Virus record (IMG/VR): IMGVR_UViG_3300010354_000060
Coordinates: 1 to 64,000 of that record
Origin: a virus
Length of the DNA stretch: 64,000 bases
Reading direction: 5' to 3' (one strand)
The translations under genes were made by a program, and so were the position numbers. This document shows positions 46,887 to 55,091 of this stretch, piece after piece (the first letter of the stretch is position 1; the number at the start of each line of letters is the position of its first letter). The notes beneath the pieces are model-generated. The model saw nothing but the letters and a program-made list of their open reading frames with translations, had not been told where the DNA came from and did not search any database.

Positions 46887-47837
46887 TCACTCTTCAGCAA
46901 GACGCTGGAAGTATGCGAGAGCATCATCTTCATCTTCATCAGATTCTTCCTTAGTCAATTGGGGAAGAGAAGGAGACTTGCTACGAGAATATGACTCTTC
47001 AAGTTCTGCAGAAACACGACTCTCAACACTTGGAGATTGTGCATAAGATTCATACTCATCCTCTTGCTCAACAACAGCACGAGACTGTGTAGGAGCAACT
47101 TTCTGACCAAGAACACTCTTGAGACGACGCTCAAGATCCTCATAGGACTTGAATTGATCGGGAGCGACTACGGCAGCAAGAGAGTATTCTTTCTTCCAGA
47201 TTGCTTCCATTGCTTCATCATCTTCAAGAAGAGGAGCAACACGATCAAACTCAGACTTATCGTAGTTCCAGTAACCATCCTTCTTCACAATCTTCAGTTT
47301 GAAGTTTGCACCTTGCCAGAAGTCAAAAGGATTGATAGGAGTCTCATCTTCAAACTCAGGTTGCATTGCTTCCATGATTTTGTCAAAGATCTTCTTGCCA
47401 TACTTAAACAGGAAGACTTTACCTTCGTTTGCAGGATTTACGGGATCCTTCACCACATAGATGTTGGAGTAGTAAGACAGTTTACGCTTCTGCTTACGAA
47501 CAGTTTCTTTATTTGCTTCAGAACCAGTGTTCCACAGTTCACGGTTGTATTCGCCCAGAGGATCTTTACCACCAATAGTGGTCAGAGAGTTCTCAATATA
47601 CCAACCACCAGGACCTTGGAAGGCGTGAGAATACATTTTTGCCCAGGGAAGTTCTTCACCTTCAGGGGCAGGAAGGAAACGGATGACTGCAAAACCGTTG
47701 CCTGTTTTATCCATCTCTGGTTTCCAGAGACGCTCATCAGCACCACCAGAAGTAGTGCTCATTTTTTCAACTTCTTTTACCAGTTTGCTGGTAAGAGAAC
47801 CAAGTTTGGATTGCTTTTTAAGATCAGCAAAAGACAT
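46887..47837 (-). CDS. gp32: single-stranded DNA-binding protein
   Basis: D.R.WKPE.DK.GNG.AVIRFLP...H.FQGPGGWYIENSLTT...KYGKKIFDKI...FDFW.GANFKLK; acidic tail. Confidence 0.96.
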   Translation of the reverse strand: MSFADLKKQSKLGSLTSKLVKEVEKMSTTSGGADERLWKPEMDKTGNGFAVIRFLPAPEGEELPWAKMYSHAFQGPGGWYIENSLTTIGGKDPLGEYNRELWNTGSEANKETVRKQKRKLSYYSNIYVVKDPVNPANEGKVFLFKYGKKIFDKIMEAMQPEFEDETPINPFDFWQGANFKLKIVKKDGYWNYDKSEFDRVAPLLEDDEAMEAIWKKEYSLAAVVAPDQFKSYEDLERRLKSVLGQKVAPTQSRAVVEQEDEYESYAQSPSVESRVSAELEESYSRSKSPSLPQLTKEESDEDEDDALAYFQRLAEE

Positions 47838-47888
47838 GTGTATACCTCGGATTAATTGGATTTGGCTTTTGTGTATTCCTTTTGTAGT

Positions 47889-48233
47889 CTACCTGTCGGA
47901 ACCAGTTTTGTCAATCTGTTCGCGCATAACCACAATCAGCTTGCTCATGTTTCGGAATATGACTGATATATCAGTTCCAGGAGGAAGTCCCATTGTCACG
48001 GCAGAATCTGCGATTCTTTTTTTCATTTTCTTTGCTTCTGGATCATCAGATAAACTTAAACGAGTATAAAGAACTTGTTGTTTCTCTAACAATCTTTGAA
48101 GCAGATCTACGTGAGCAATTTTATCTTCCTTGCTCATGCTGGGAAAAGTAAATACGTTTTTGTAAATCTCTTCCTGCAATTCTGTAATTTCAGTCATCTC
48201 AGCACGGACGACTTCGGAACTAAAAAAACTCAT
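47889..48233 (-). CDS. conserved cyanobacterial/cyanophage protein (DUF1825-like)
   Basis: MSFF.SE.V..E...I...Q...LLEKQ...Y.RL.LSDDP.A. Confidence 0.75.
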   Translation of the reverse strand: MSFFSSEVVRAEMTEITELQEEIYKNVFTFPSMSKEDKIAHVDLLQRLLEKQQVLYTRLSLSDDPEAKKMKKRIADSAVTMGLPPGTDISVIFRNMSKLIVVMREQIDKTGSDR

Positions 48234-48832
48234 GTATCTCCTATAACTATTTCTTTCAGGATTTTTTTATATCGGAATACATCAATATTTAGAAAGGGTG
48301 CATACTTTTTAATACGCATGGAAGTTAGATCCCACACAGGGTCCTGTAGTTTCTTATCAAAGTTATTCCCGTACAGGAATATTCTATCATAAATGACCAT
48401 TGTTTCCAGGCTAATCTTCCCGCTCAGGAATTTTTTGAGAATGATTGGATGAGATCCTTTTTTGCAATCAAAGATCTCATCAAATTTATTCTCGGAAAAC
48501 AATTCATTTGATTCTTCTTTAAAGATATACGAAAGAGATTGAATTCTCTTTTGCCAATTTGTATATCGTTTTTCCCCTTCTTTAATCATTTCACCAATCC
48601 ACAAAGACTGTGGATCATCACATGATACAAAGTTTGCAACAAAAAACTCTTCTACTTCTTTATCAGTCTTTTGTCTTGAAATTTTTTCAAACCAATACCG
48701 ATCTCTCCTTTTATAAAAGGAATTAAGAGATGCTCTACTCTTACCACAATACTTATGATAGTCGTAAGTATTCTTAGTAAAGTGGTTTTTTAAAGAGAGA
48801 TAGCATTTATAGGCATCAAAAGGCATCATCAA
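48230..48832 (-). CDS. gp59: loader of gp41 DNA helicase
   Basis: F..YK.YL..K.HF....YDY..Y.G......SF..R.DRY.FEK...ISLET. Confidence 0.88.
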   Translation of the reverse strand: MMMPFDAYKCYLSLKNHFTKNTYDYHKYCGKSRASLNSFYKRRDRYWFEKISRQKTDKEVEEFFVANFVSCDDPQSLWIGEMIKEGEKRYTNWQKRIQSLSYIFKEESNELFSENKFDEIFDCKKGSHPIILKKFLSGKISLETMVIYDRIFLYGNNFDKKLQDPVWDLTSMRIKKYAPFLNIDVFRYKKILKEIVIGDT

Positions 48833-48886
48833 AAAAGTAATATAGGGATTTTTTTCTGGGAAAATTTTTGCCCCCTAAAAGGAATT
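48832..48886 (-). promoter_or_regulatory. 55-bp A/T-tract leader element, copy 2
   Basis: Ungapped similarity to 26341..26395; abuts the gp59 start. Confidence 0.55.
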
Positions 48887-49142
48887 AAAGGGGCAATTTT
48901 GCTCTGGAGCTTCTTTTTAGAAAGTTAAGTTCTGTTGCCTCGTAACGAATCTTTTCTTTAAGTGGTTTTGAAATTAGTTTCGGAACAGACTCAACATCAA
49001 TATTGTTCTGTTCGCAGAAATAGACAATCGCATCAATATAATTCATATCAATGTTAGTCTGAACTAATTTTTCAATTTCTTGAGCGAAACGTGTTGGACA
49101 GAAGAATTTACTTTCTAAAACTTTTTCTAATTCATTCTCCAT
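48885..49142 (-). CDS. gp33: late promoter transcription co-activator
   Basis: F..EIE..V......YIDAIV.FCE.N.I..E.V.KLISKPLKEK...EA..LNFL. Confidence 0.9.
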   Translation of the reverse strand: MENELEKVLESKFFCPTRFAQEIEKLVQTNIDMNYIDAIVYFCEQNNIDVESVPKLISKPLKEKIRYEATELNFLKRSSRAKLPL

Positions 49143-49812
49143 CTGACCTAGTATTGTGAGATACAAATTCTTTGATATAGCGAACTAATAATTTAATATA
49201 GTCGTTTTTGTTCCGTTTGTCAAATACTTTAACTTCACCACTGGGAGTAACCATTAAAGTGATTAATTTGACAGGAGGAATATTAGTGAGTTCATAATAC
49301 GCAGCAGCATAAAACATTTCTTGGACGAAATAGTTTTCAATCCACGCTTCTGGTTTTATTTTTTCTGAAGTCTTAAAGTCAATGACTGCAAGTTCTCCTT
49401 CGTATTCTGCAATACAATCAACTCTTCCCGCCAATCCAAGATACTCTGAGTAGAGTGTTCGTTCAATTGCATGAATATTATTTATCTTATCCAGATAAGG
49501 TTTAGCATGAATGAACATAATCTTTGTCATTGGTTGGTAATTATTCCAATCCAATTCTTTATTTTCCAAGTAGTCCTGACAGACTTGGTGAAAATCAGTT
49601 CCTCTTGCAGTTGCCTTGCGAGTAATATTATTGGCTTTTTCTTCACCAACACGCTTTCTCCATTCAACAAAGATCTGCCGATTATAAAAAGAAGTTACTG
49701 AAGTAATGGAAGGCACCCATTGACCATCAGGTAGATGGTATAGACGCATTCCATTTGTCTCTTTCTTTTCTAATTCAAGTTCACCCAAGTAATTATGATG
49801 AATAAAACTCAT
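49132..49812 (-). CDS. PD-(D/E)XK exonuclease
   Basis: PSITSV...RGT.FH...AGRVDCIAEY.GEL..IDFKTS...Y..Q...Y. Confidence 0.85.
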   Translation of the reverse strand: MSFIHHNYLGELELEKKETNGMRLYHLPDGQWVPSITSVTSFYNRQIFVEWRKRVGEEKANNITRKATARGTDFHQVCQDYLENKELDWNNYQPMTKIMFIHAKPYLDKINNIHAIERTLYSEYLGLAGRVDCIAEYEGELAVIDFKTSEKIKPEAWIENYFVQEMFYAAAYYELTNIPPVKLITLMVTPSGEVKVFDKRNKNDYIKLLVRYIKEFVSHNTRSDGE

Positions 49813-50561
49813 ATGTTCAGTTCCAGTTTTGCGAGAATATATTCTTTAACCAGTCCAGAACGAACAATATCTTCTGCACCAAACTCAATGACATTAAACG
49901 ACGGCATGATCCGAAGAATTCTCATGAAGTCAATAATACCATTCTTTTCATTCGTCTTTACTAAGTCCGACTGAGTAGCATCACCACAGAAAAGAATCTT
50001 AGAGTTTTCACCAACACGAGTGATAATAGAATCAAGTTCGTGGAAATTCAGGTTCTGGAATTCATCTACAATAATGATTGCATTGTCCAGAGTAGTTCCC
50101 CTAATAAAAGAAGTACTCCAAAAACTAATAGTTCCTTGAGTTTTGAGGTTTCCATATAGCATTTCAAATGCAGAATCATCAGGCATTTCAAACATATACT
50201 TCACCATATTCTTATAAGGAATCTGATAAAGTGAAGACTTGTCTTCATGGTCTCCAGGAAGAAATCCAATTTCCCTTGTTGCTACCAGAGAACGGACAAT
50301 ATAAATCTTCTCATAGGGAGACCTTTCATCAAGAACATCTTTCAATGCATTATAAAGTGCGATGAAAGTTTTACCTGTTCCTGCACAACCATAAGCAACG
50401 ATGTTTTGATCTTGCTTATAGTCTTTGAAGAACTGTTCTTGATTATCAGTCAGCGGTTCAATCGTCCGCATGATATCAAGATTGATTGGCTTTTTGCGTT
50501 TCATTTGACGGTTACTCATACCAAATGGAACAGGATTTTTGGGAGTATTTTTTCTTGGCAT
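49809..50561 (-). CDS. phoH: PhoH-family ATPase
   Basis: GCAGTGKT Walker A, REIGFLPG, TSF.RG.T.DN....VDEFQN, GD..QSDL, DIVRSGL. Confidence 0.95.
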   Translation of the reverse strand: MPRKNTPKNPVPFGMSNRQMKRKKPINLDIMRTIEPLTDNQEQFFKDYKQDQNIVAYGCAGTGKTFIALYNALKDVLDERSPYEKIYIVRSLVATREIGFLPGDHEDKSSLYQIPYKNMVKYMFEMPDDSAFEMLYGNLKTQGTISFWSTSFIRGTTLDNAIIIVDEFQNLNFHELDSIITRVGENSKILFCGDATQSDLVKTNEKNGIIDFMRILRIMPSFNVIEFGAEDIVRSGLVKEYILAKLELNI

Positions 50562-50570
50562 TATAATTAA

Positions 50571-50819
50571 TCAGATTGGTTTTACTTTTGAACCTGGTGC
50601 TTTTGATGCTTGGCGGAGAACATCATTCCATCCTGGGTGAGACTTCTTAAGTCTATCATAAACTTCACCAACTTCTCCAGAATTAGGACAAGTTGATGGG
50701 TCAGACCAGTCTCTATCCCAGTCAGGATTATCTTTTTTCCATTGATCCCAATCGTGAACACTCATAGTAACTTCTTTTTGATCACCAGTTACTTTATTAA
50801 TGACGGGGTAAGTTGCCAT
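50571..50819 (-). CDS. conserved cyanophage hypothetical protein
   Basis: MATYPV.N..TG..KE..MSV..W..W...NP.W...PGW..VL; late promoter at 50848-50842. Confidence 0.8.
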   Translation of the reverse strand: MATYPVINKVTGDQKEVTMSVHDWDQWKKDNPDWDRDWSDPSTCPNSGEVGEVYDRLKKSHPGWNDVLRQASKAPGSKVKPI

Positions 50820-50844
50820 AGATTACATTAAAATATAGGGATAT

Positions 50845-51567
50845 TTATTCAATGGTGATGGAAGGAGCATCTACACACTCTGGGCATTCTTCACGAGACC
50901 ATTCAAGTGCTTTGGATACAGCAGGAAACTGGCAAGTGAAAATGCAACGAATTGCTTCTGCAATTTCCATGTGTTCCTTCTGAGTACCGTGCGAAGAACG
51001 TAGATCAATGTAATGGATCCATGACCTTACAGAGCCTGTCATATAGAGGCGTGTGGGCGTTGCTAAGGGCAATACGAACCTTGCACACTCCTTTGCCACT
51101 CCCTTCTCTAGGAGGCGATCGTAGAGTCTCTGAGCGTGTTCAAAATGAACTCTGATGTCCTCCAGTAAAGTCAGTTTCAAGTAATCGCCAATATCATCAA
51201 TTGAGTTCTGGCGATTCTTTGTATCCTGACGACGAAGTTCGGGAAGAGGAATAGTCTTACTCAGCAGATTTGTATCTGCATATCGTTGTGAAAATTCCTG
51301 ATATGTGAAGCTCCTATGTCGGAGTATCTGTGCCGCGATGCCTCTTGTCGTATTGATCTCTACTGTCATTGTTGCCTGCTCAAAGATGCTCCAATGTTGA
51401 TGTTGAATACAATACTTCAACAGTCCAGCAAAGTTTTGATTGTCTTGATTGTTTGGATTACTCACACGAGCACAATACGCCATATGCTTTTCTGCATCTG
51501 GAGTAACGCTAATGAGTTTTACTTCTGGTTTCATAAATTCAAACTCAGTCAGGATATCCATCGTCAT
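50845..51567 (-). CDS. thyX: FAD-dependent thymidylate synthase
   Basis: ARVS, HWSIFE, RHRSFTYQEFSQRY (RHRx7S), KECARFVLP. Confidence 0.95.
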   Translation of the reverse strand: MTMDILTEFEFMKPEVKLISVTPDAEKHMAYCARVSNPNNQDNQNFAGLLKYCIQHQHWSIFEQATMTVEINTTRGIAAQILRHRSFTYQEFSQRYADTNLLSKTIPLPELRRQDTKNRQNSIDDIGDYLKLTLLEDIRVHFEHAQRLYDRLLEKGVAKECARFVLPLATPTRLYMTGSVRSWIHYIDLRSSHGTQKEHMEIAEAIRCIFTCQFPAVSKALEWSREECPECVDAPSITIE

Positions 51568-51727
51568 CTCCTTCATAAAATACTTCATCATAATCAGTCA
51601 GATATTGATCCCCAACATTCCGAGGATCTTGTTTATACAAATCAACATCTGAATAAACTTCTGACTTAAGACAATCAACAAGAGACTCTAAATTCCTAAT
51701 AATTAGTTTTAGTTTTTCTTTGTCCAT
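51545..51727 (-). CDS. conserved cyanophage hypothetical protein
   Basis: MDKEKLKLIIRNLESLVDCLKSEVYSD. Confidence 0.75.
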   Translation of the reverse strand: MDKEKLKLIIRNLESLVDCLKSEVYSDVDLYKQDPRNVGDQYLTDYDEVFYEGDDDGYPD

Positions 51728-51748
51728 ATCTCTTTTATACACCAAATA

Positions 51749-51786
51749 ATTCTATACAAAAAAAGAGAGGATGTCAATCCTCTCTT
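51749..51786 (-). terminator. intrinsic terminator with an embedded sigma70 promoter
   Basis: AAGAGAGG-ATTGACAT-CCTCTCTT plus T run; TTGACA-N17-TAGAAT starts in the loop. Confidence 0.8.
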
Positions 51787-51791
51787 AAATA

Positions 51792-51893
51792 TCAAGCAAC
51801 TTGGGGTTGCTTTGCCATATTCAGTTGTGCGATACGAAGAAGATGTTCTTTCTTTGCTTTTTTCTTAAGGTAACGAACGAAATAAGTATTCAT
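51792..51893 (-). CDS. small basic peptide (33 aa, not in ORF track)
   Basis: MNTYFVRYLKKKAKKEHLLRIAQLNMAKQPQVA; ATGA overlap with upstream gene and GGAGG Shine-Dalgarno. Confidence 0.7.
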   Translation of the reverse strand: MNTYFVRYLKKKAKKEHLLRIAQLNMAKQPQVA

Positions 51894-52048
51894 TTTGCTA
51901 CCTCCTGATTGTTGCAAGGACGGTATGCTACACCACGATATACGTTTTGTGGATGAGCGGGAGCATGTGTTTTGTTATACCAAGATACATACTCTTTTTT
52001 TGCATCTTCAGTGTTGTACTTACAACCTCTATAAGTAACTTGTGACAT
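51890..52048 (-). CDS. DUF4278-family small protein (52 aa, not in ORF track)
   Basis: MSQVTYRGCKY...VYRGVAY, two YRG motifs; AAGGAG Shine-Dalgarno. Confidence 0.8.
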   Translation of the reverse strand: MSQVTYRGCKYNTEDAKKEYVSWYNKTHAPAHPQNVYRGVAYRPCNNQEVAK

Positions 52049-52081
52049 TAGGTTTTCTCCTTAGTTTTTTAGGTTAAAGAG

Positions 52082-52178
52082 CGTTCCTTCAGTCGGCGTT
52101 TGCGTTCGCTATTTGCGAATAGCGAATGAACGATCCGTTCCGCGTCGGCTTACTTCCGTCGCATTAATGCGATGAACG
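52082..52178 (-). ncRNA. double glutamine riboswitch-like leader (glnA / Downstream-peptide aptamer type)
   Basis: Two units CGUUCA-hairpin-CG(G/C)AA...GCCGAC...GGAACG at 52178-52136 and 52132-52082, upstream of a DUF4278-type ORF. Confidence 0.8.
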
Positions 52179-52184
52179 TGTTGG

Positions 52185-52191
52185 TATTTAG
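52185..52191 (-). promoter_or_regulatory. late promoter for the riboswitch transcript
   Basis: CTAAATA 6 nt before the first aptamer. Confidence 0.65.
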
Positions 52192-52213
52192 TATAAAACT
52201 TTTGTAACATTTG

Positions 52214-52540
52214 TTACCGTTCTATGTAACTTAATGTATGATCAGTTGCATAGAGTTGTTGGATGATTATATCACATCCAATTTTAGGATTACAATCACC
52301 ACATGTGTAGACATCAACTGCTGCCTTGCCTTCCTCAGGCCATGTATGAATACTAATATGACTCTCAGAAAGCAAGCAAATAACAGTGACTCCCTGTGGT
52401 TCAAACTTCTTAGAGATAGTCTGAATCACAGTCGCTCCACTTGCTGCTGCTGCGTTTTCCAGTAAGTCTATAAGACAACGCTCGTCGTCCAAAAGAACGA
52501 ACGAGCATCCATAAAGGTTTAGTAGATAATGCTTGCCCAT
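52214..52540 (-). CDS. speD: S-adenosylmethionine decarboxylase proenzyme (class 1b)
   Basis: F.PQGVT....L.ESHISIHTWPE...A.VD.YTCG pyruvoyl self-cleavage motif. Confidence 0.92.
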   Translation of the reverse strand: MGKHYLLNLYGCSFVLLDDERCLIDLLENAAAASGATVIQTISKKFEPQGVTVICLLSESHISIHTWPEEGKAAVDVYTCGDCNPKIGCDIIIQQLYATDHTLSYIER

Positions 52541-52731
52541 TAGTCTATAGGGTTCTCCTCTGCTTCTTTTACAAGTGAACTAATAACAGTTTCAGTGCCA
52601 TCAATAGTCTTCACTGTAAACAGAGTAGACCTTTTATACTTATTCAATTTTTTATATTTTTTTAGAATTTTAGCAAGTTCATCAACATTTACATTGACCT
52701 TTGCTTTCCCATCATTAAAACCTTCACTCAT
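52540..52731 (-). CDS. hypothetical protein
   Basis: 63 aa, translationally coupled on both sides. Confidence 0.65.
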   Translation of the reverse strand: MSEGFNDGKAKVNVNVDELAKILKKYKKLNKYKRSTLFTVKTIDGTETVISSLVKEAEENPID

Positions 52732-52985
52732 TTCTTTTTCTTAGATTCCTTTGCTTTGTATCCCCACAGTTTAGGATTTACTCTCCCCTCTGTCCACTCA
52801 ATTTTTTTTAGGTTTTCACGATGCTTATCCCAATACATATCAAAAACATCTGCTCTTTTATGGCAGATTACAATATCATGTTGAACAATATTGTCTTTTA
52901 GATAGGTAACAAGGTAAGAATTTGATGGCAGAGATTTATCTTCTGCTACAGATCTATCACAGTTTTCTGCATGAATCATGCACAT
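52728..52985 (-). CDS. conserved cyanophage hypothetical protein
   Basis: CD...A.D.SLP...YLV.Y...DIV...D.FD.YWD...GR.NPKLW. Confidence 0.75.
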   Translation of the reverse strand: MCMIHAENCDRSVAEDKSLPSNSYLVTYLKDNIVQHDIVICHKRADVFDMYWDKHRENLKKIEWTEGRVNPKLWGYKAKESKKKK

Positions 52986-53566
52986 TAAGAACGACCTCCC
53001 CAAGTAATCTCAGGATAAGCCTCCTTTACATTTTCATGTGAGATTTTATATTTAGTCTGAAGTTTTTTATCCTTTACAAGACACAACAGTTCTGCTTCTT
53101 TGGGATGAAGACCTTGAAGGAGATTGATAAACATCATCTCCCTACGAATCGTATTGATGGTATTGTTTCCACCCTGAACATAATGATAAAGATTTTGATA
53201 TTCCCTACGAAGAGATGTGCGTCCCCTACCTTGTAGATCTTGTGTTGTTGCAGATTCCCCGCCACCAGCTTCTCTGGAAAGATTTTCAGAAAGAGTTCCA
53301 GAGTAAACGTTTTGATCCTTCAAATCACCATAAGGAACTTCTCCCTCAGGAAGAAGAGAAATTACAGTATCATCAAAATTCCAAATAAAAATAGTCTTTA
53401 ACGAGTCGTGTTCATAAGTTTTAAGAACTTCAACTTTTTTTGCATTAGAACGTTGCTTAGATACCAGTTCTAAAATTTCAAAAACAAAAGGGTTTGTTGG
53501 AAGAGTTGCTACTGGTGCTTCCTCAGTCTTCTTCCTCGTCTTCGTAGTCGTCATAATCGTTTTCAA
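52985..53566 (-). CDS. conserved T4-like hypothetical protein
   Basis: WNFD..V.S.LP.G.VPY...RRE.MFI.LL.GLHP.EA. Confidence 0.8.
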   Translation of the reverse strand: MKTIMTTTKTRKKTEEAPVATLPTNPFVFEILELVSKQRSNAKKVEVLKTYEHDSLKTIFIWNFDDTVISLLPEGEVPYGDLKDQNVYSGTLSENLSREAGGGESATTQDLQGRGRTSLRREYQNLYHYVQGGNNTINTIRREMMFINLLQGLHPKEAELLCLVKDKKLQTKYKISHENVKEAYPEITWGGRS

Positions 53567-53747
53567 ATCGTACTGCTATAATTTCATCTGGGATTACATT
53601 CCCATTATTATCAAACATTTCTGGGTGCATTGAAGTGATATAACTTCTCTCATAGAAATGCTGCTTTGCCATCCATCCTAACATACCTCCAACAAAAAAG
53701 AACAACACTGAGATTAATGTTGTGATGGTGAGAGTTACTGCTAACAT
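53523..53747 (-). CDS. small membrane protein
   Basis: N-terminal TM helix, HPEMFD..GN..PDEI.AVRFE, acidic tail. Confidence 0.75.
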   Translation of the reverse strand: MLAVTLTITTLISVLFFFVGGMLGWMAKQHFYERSYITSMHPEMFDNNGNVIPDEIIAVRFENDYDDYEDEEED

Positions 53748-53869
53748 CTTCTTTCTCCCGAGAGTTACTTTTTACAATATCTCTCAGAACATGAGAGATA
53801 CAAAAAAACCGTTTAGTTTGCTTGTCTCCCTCCTTTAGTGGCAAATCAAGGTTTCTTTTGAACCTGATC

Positions 53870-53902
53870 TATTTAGATGCATCCTACAACAAAAAATAAA
53901 TA
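53870..53902. promoter_or_regulatory. divergent pair of late promoters
   Basis: CTAAATA on minus (53876-53870) and ATAAATA on plus (53896-53902). Confidence 0.55.
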
Positions 53903-53908
53903 GTGTCA

Positions 53909-54583
53909 ATGATGACCTGGATTATGAAATTAAAGGATAAAATTCTTGAATTGTTTCCAGATGCCGAACCATTAGAACTTCCAAGTTGGTTAAATCAAGA
54001 AGTCAGTAAAGATAATTCTACCATCAAATCGTATATTTGGAAGAGTGATAAAATAAGAAAGATTAGATTGTGTGAGTTAGATATACAAAATAAATTTTCT
54101 GCCGAAACCTTAGTCATATATCCAGATTTTTGTTACGACGTTCCTATTCTTGGGACAGAATACCTAAGAATAAACGATAAAAAGTTTTTTGGTGCAGTTG
54201 ATCTACATCCATTACGAATGGATATTGATTATATTGAAAAGTATATACAAAAATATCTTGGAGATTTCCCCAACAGAGATAGGGATACCTCCAAGATATA
54301 TGACTTAGAAAAATTTTTCTCAAAAAAATTTTGGATCAAAAAGCAATCCAAAGATTTTTATGATGATTACTCTTTAGTTGTTGAGAAATATTTAAAGAAG
54401 TTTCAGTCCTGCTTAGAAGAAGCAGAACCAGTTCAATCTTCATATGAATACCATAAAGGATACGATACTCATTTGTCAACTACCGATCCAGCATATGGGA
54501 TTCTAAAGTCTTATTATGATAAAAACTTTGCAGAGAAATATATAAGCACTTTTTTGTTTGATTTAAATCCTCTTGAAGTCTAA
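53909..54583 (+). CDS. ferredoxin-dependent bilin reductase (PebA/PebS-like, divergent)
   Basis: RKIR, VIYP...YD.PILG, D.HPL, FFSK, YD......DPA.G.L..YY....AE.YI..FLF pattern of the FDBR family. Confidence 0.8.
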   Translation: MMTWIMKLKDKILELFPDAEPLELPSWLNQEVSKDNSTIKSYIWKSDKIRKIRLCELDIQNKFSAETLVIYPDFCYDVPILGTEYLRINDKKFFGAVDLHPLRMDIDYIEKYIQKYLGDFPNRDRDTSKIYDLEKFFSKKFWIKKQSKDFYDDYSLVVEKYLKKFQSCLEEAEPVQSSYEYHKGYDTHLSTTDPAYGILKSYYDKNFAEKYISTFLFDLNPLEV

Positions 54584-54766
54584 GGAAATATCAAACTCAA
54601 AAGAAATTTCTCTTCCAAAGAAAGCAAATAATTTACCGAATCTAATTCTAAATTTCTTGGGGCAATCTTCTGCCTTCTTTTTCCGAGAAGAATTTCTTAG
54701 CATCAACTCAAAACCTCTATTGATTTCAAGTTGTTGTTTTTTTTCTTCTGCCTGGTCTTCTGTCAT
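54563..54766 (-). CDS. conserved cyanophage hypothetical protein
   Basis: INRGFELMLR...F..LF....REI.F. Confidence 0.65.
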   Translation of the reverse strand: MTEDQAEEKKQQLEINRGFELMLRNSSRKKKAEDCPKKFRIRFGKLFAFFGREISFEFDISLDFKRI

Positions 54767-55091
54767 GACTATACTTCCAAGCATCTTCTAATATTTTATG
54801 CAAATAATTTCTTATTTTCCTTGCATTTGGTTTTGGAATATGTCCATAAGCTTCTCTAAGTTGCTTATGCTCGTTGTCTGCACCACCTTCAAGGTAGCTA
54901 TCTAAGTCCATCACGACTTCACTGATGTTAGAAGCAGTTTTACTATTAATAAATTCTTCTACTTCAAATTTTCTTGCACCCTTTACCTTTAAATACTCAT
55001 AAAAATTAAGAACAAAGTGACCATCAAAGGCAAGGTCAATTGCCCTTTCTACATCAAAATAAACTTCATTGAAAGTGCTGATTGAAGCCAT
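54726..55091 (-). CDS. conserved cyanophage hypothetical protein
   Basis: VE.AID.AF...F.L.FY.YLK...Y..GG......LRE.YGH..KP.ARKI. Confidence 0.8.
   Translation of the reverse strand: MASISTFNEVYFDVERAIDLAFDGHFVLNFYEYLKVKGARKFEVEEFINSKTASNISEVVMDLDSYLEGGADNEHKQLREAYGHIPKPNARKIRNYLHKILEDAWKYSHDRRPGRRKKTTT

Noticed and set aside
47037-47855. 272-aa plus-strand ORF opposite gp32
   Set aside because: Explained by codon bias of a highly expressed gene; no recognisable domain
47838-47888. T4-style autoregulatory pseudoknot upstream of gp32
   Set aside because: Only short AATCC repeats are visible and I could not build a convincing pseudoknot
49132-49812. Cas4 / CRISPR association of the exonuclease
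   Set aside because: No four-Cys Fe-S motif, array or other cas genes; it sits in the usual phoH-exonuclease-gp33-gp59 core block
53650-53844. 64-aa minus-strand ORF in the long leader
   Set aside because: Non-ATG start, overlaps the conserved membrane-protein gene out of frame, and lacks recognisable features
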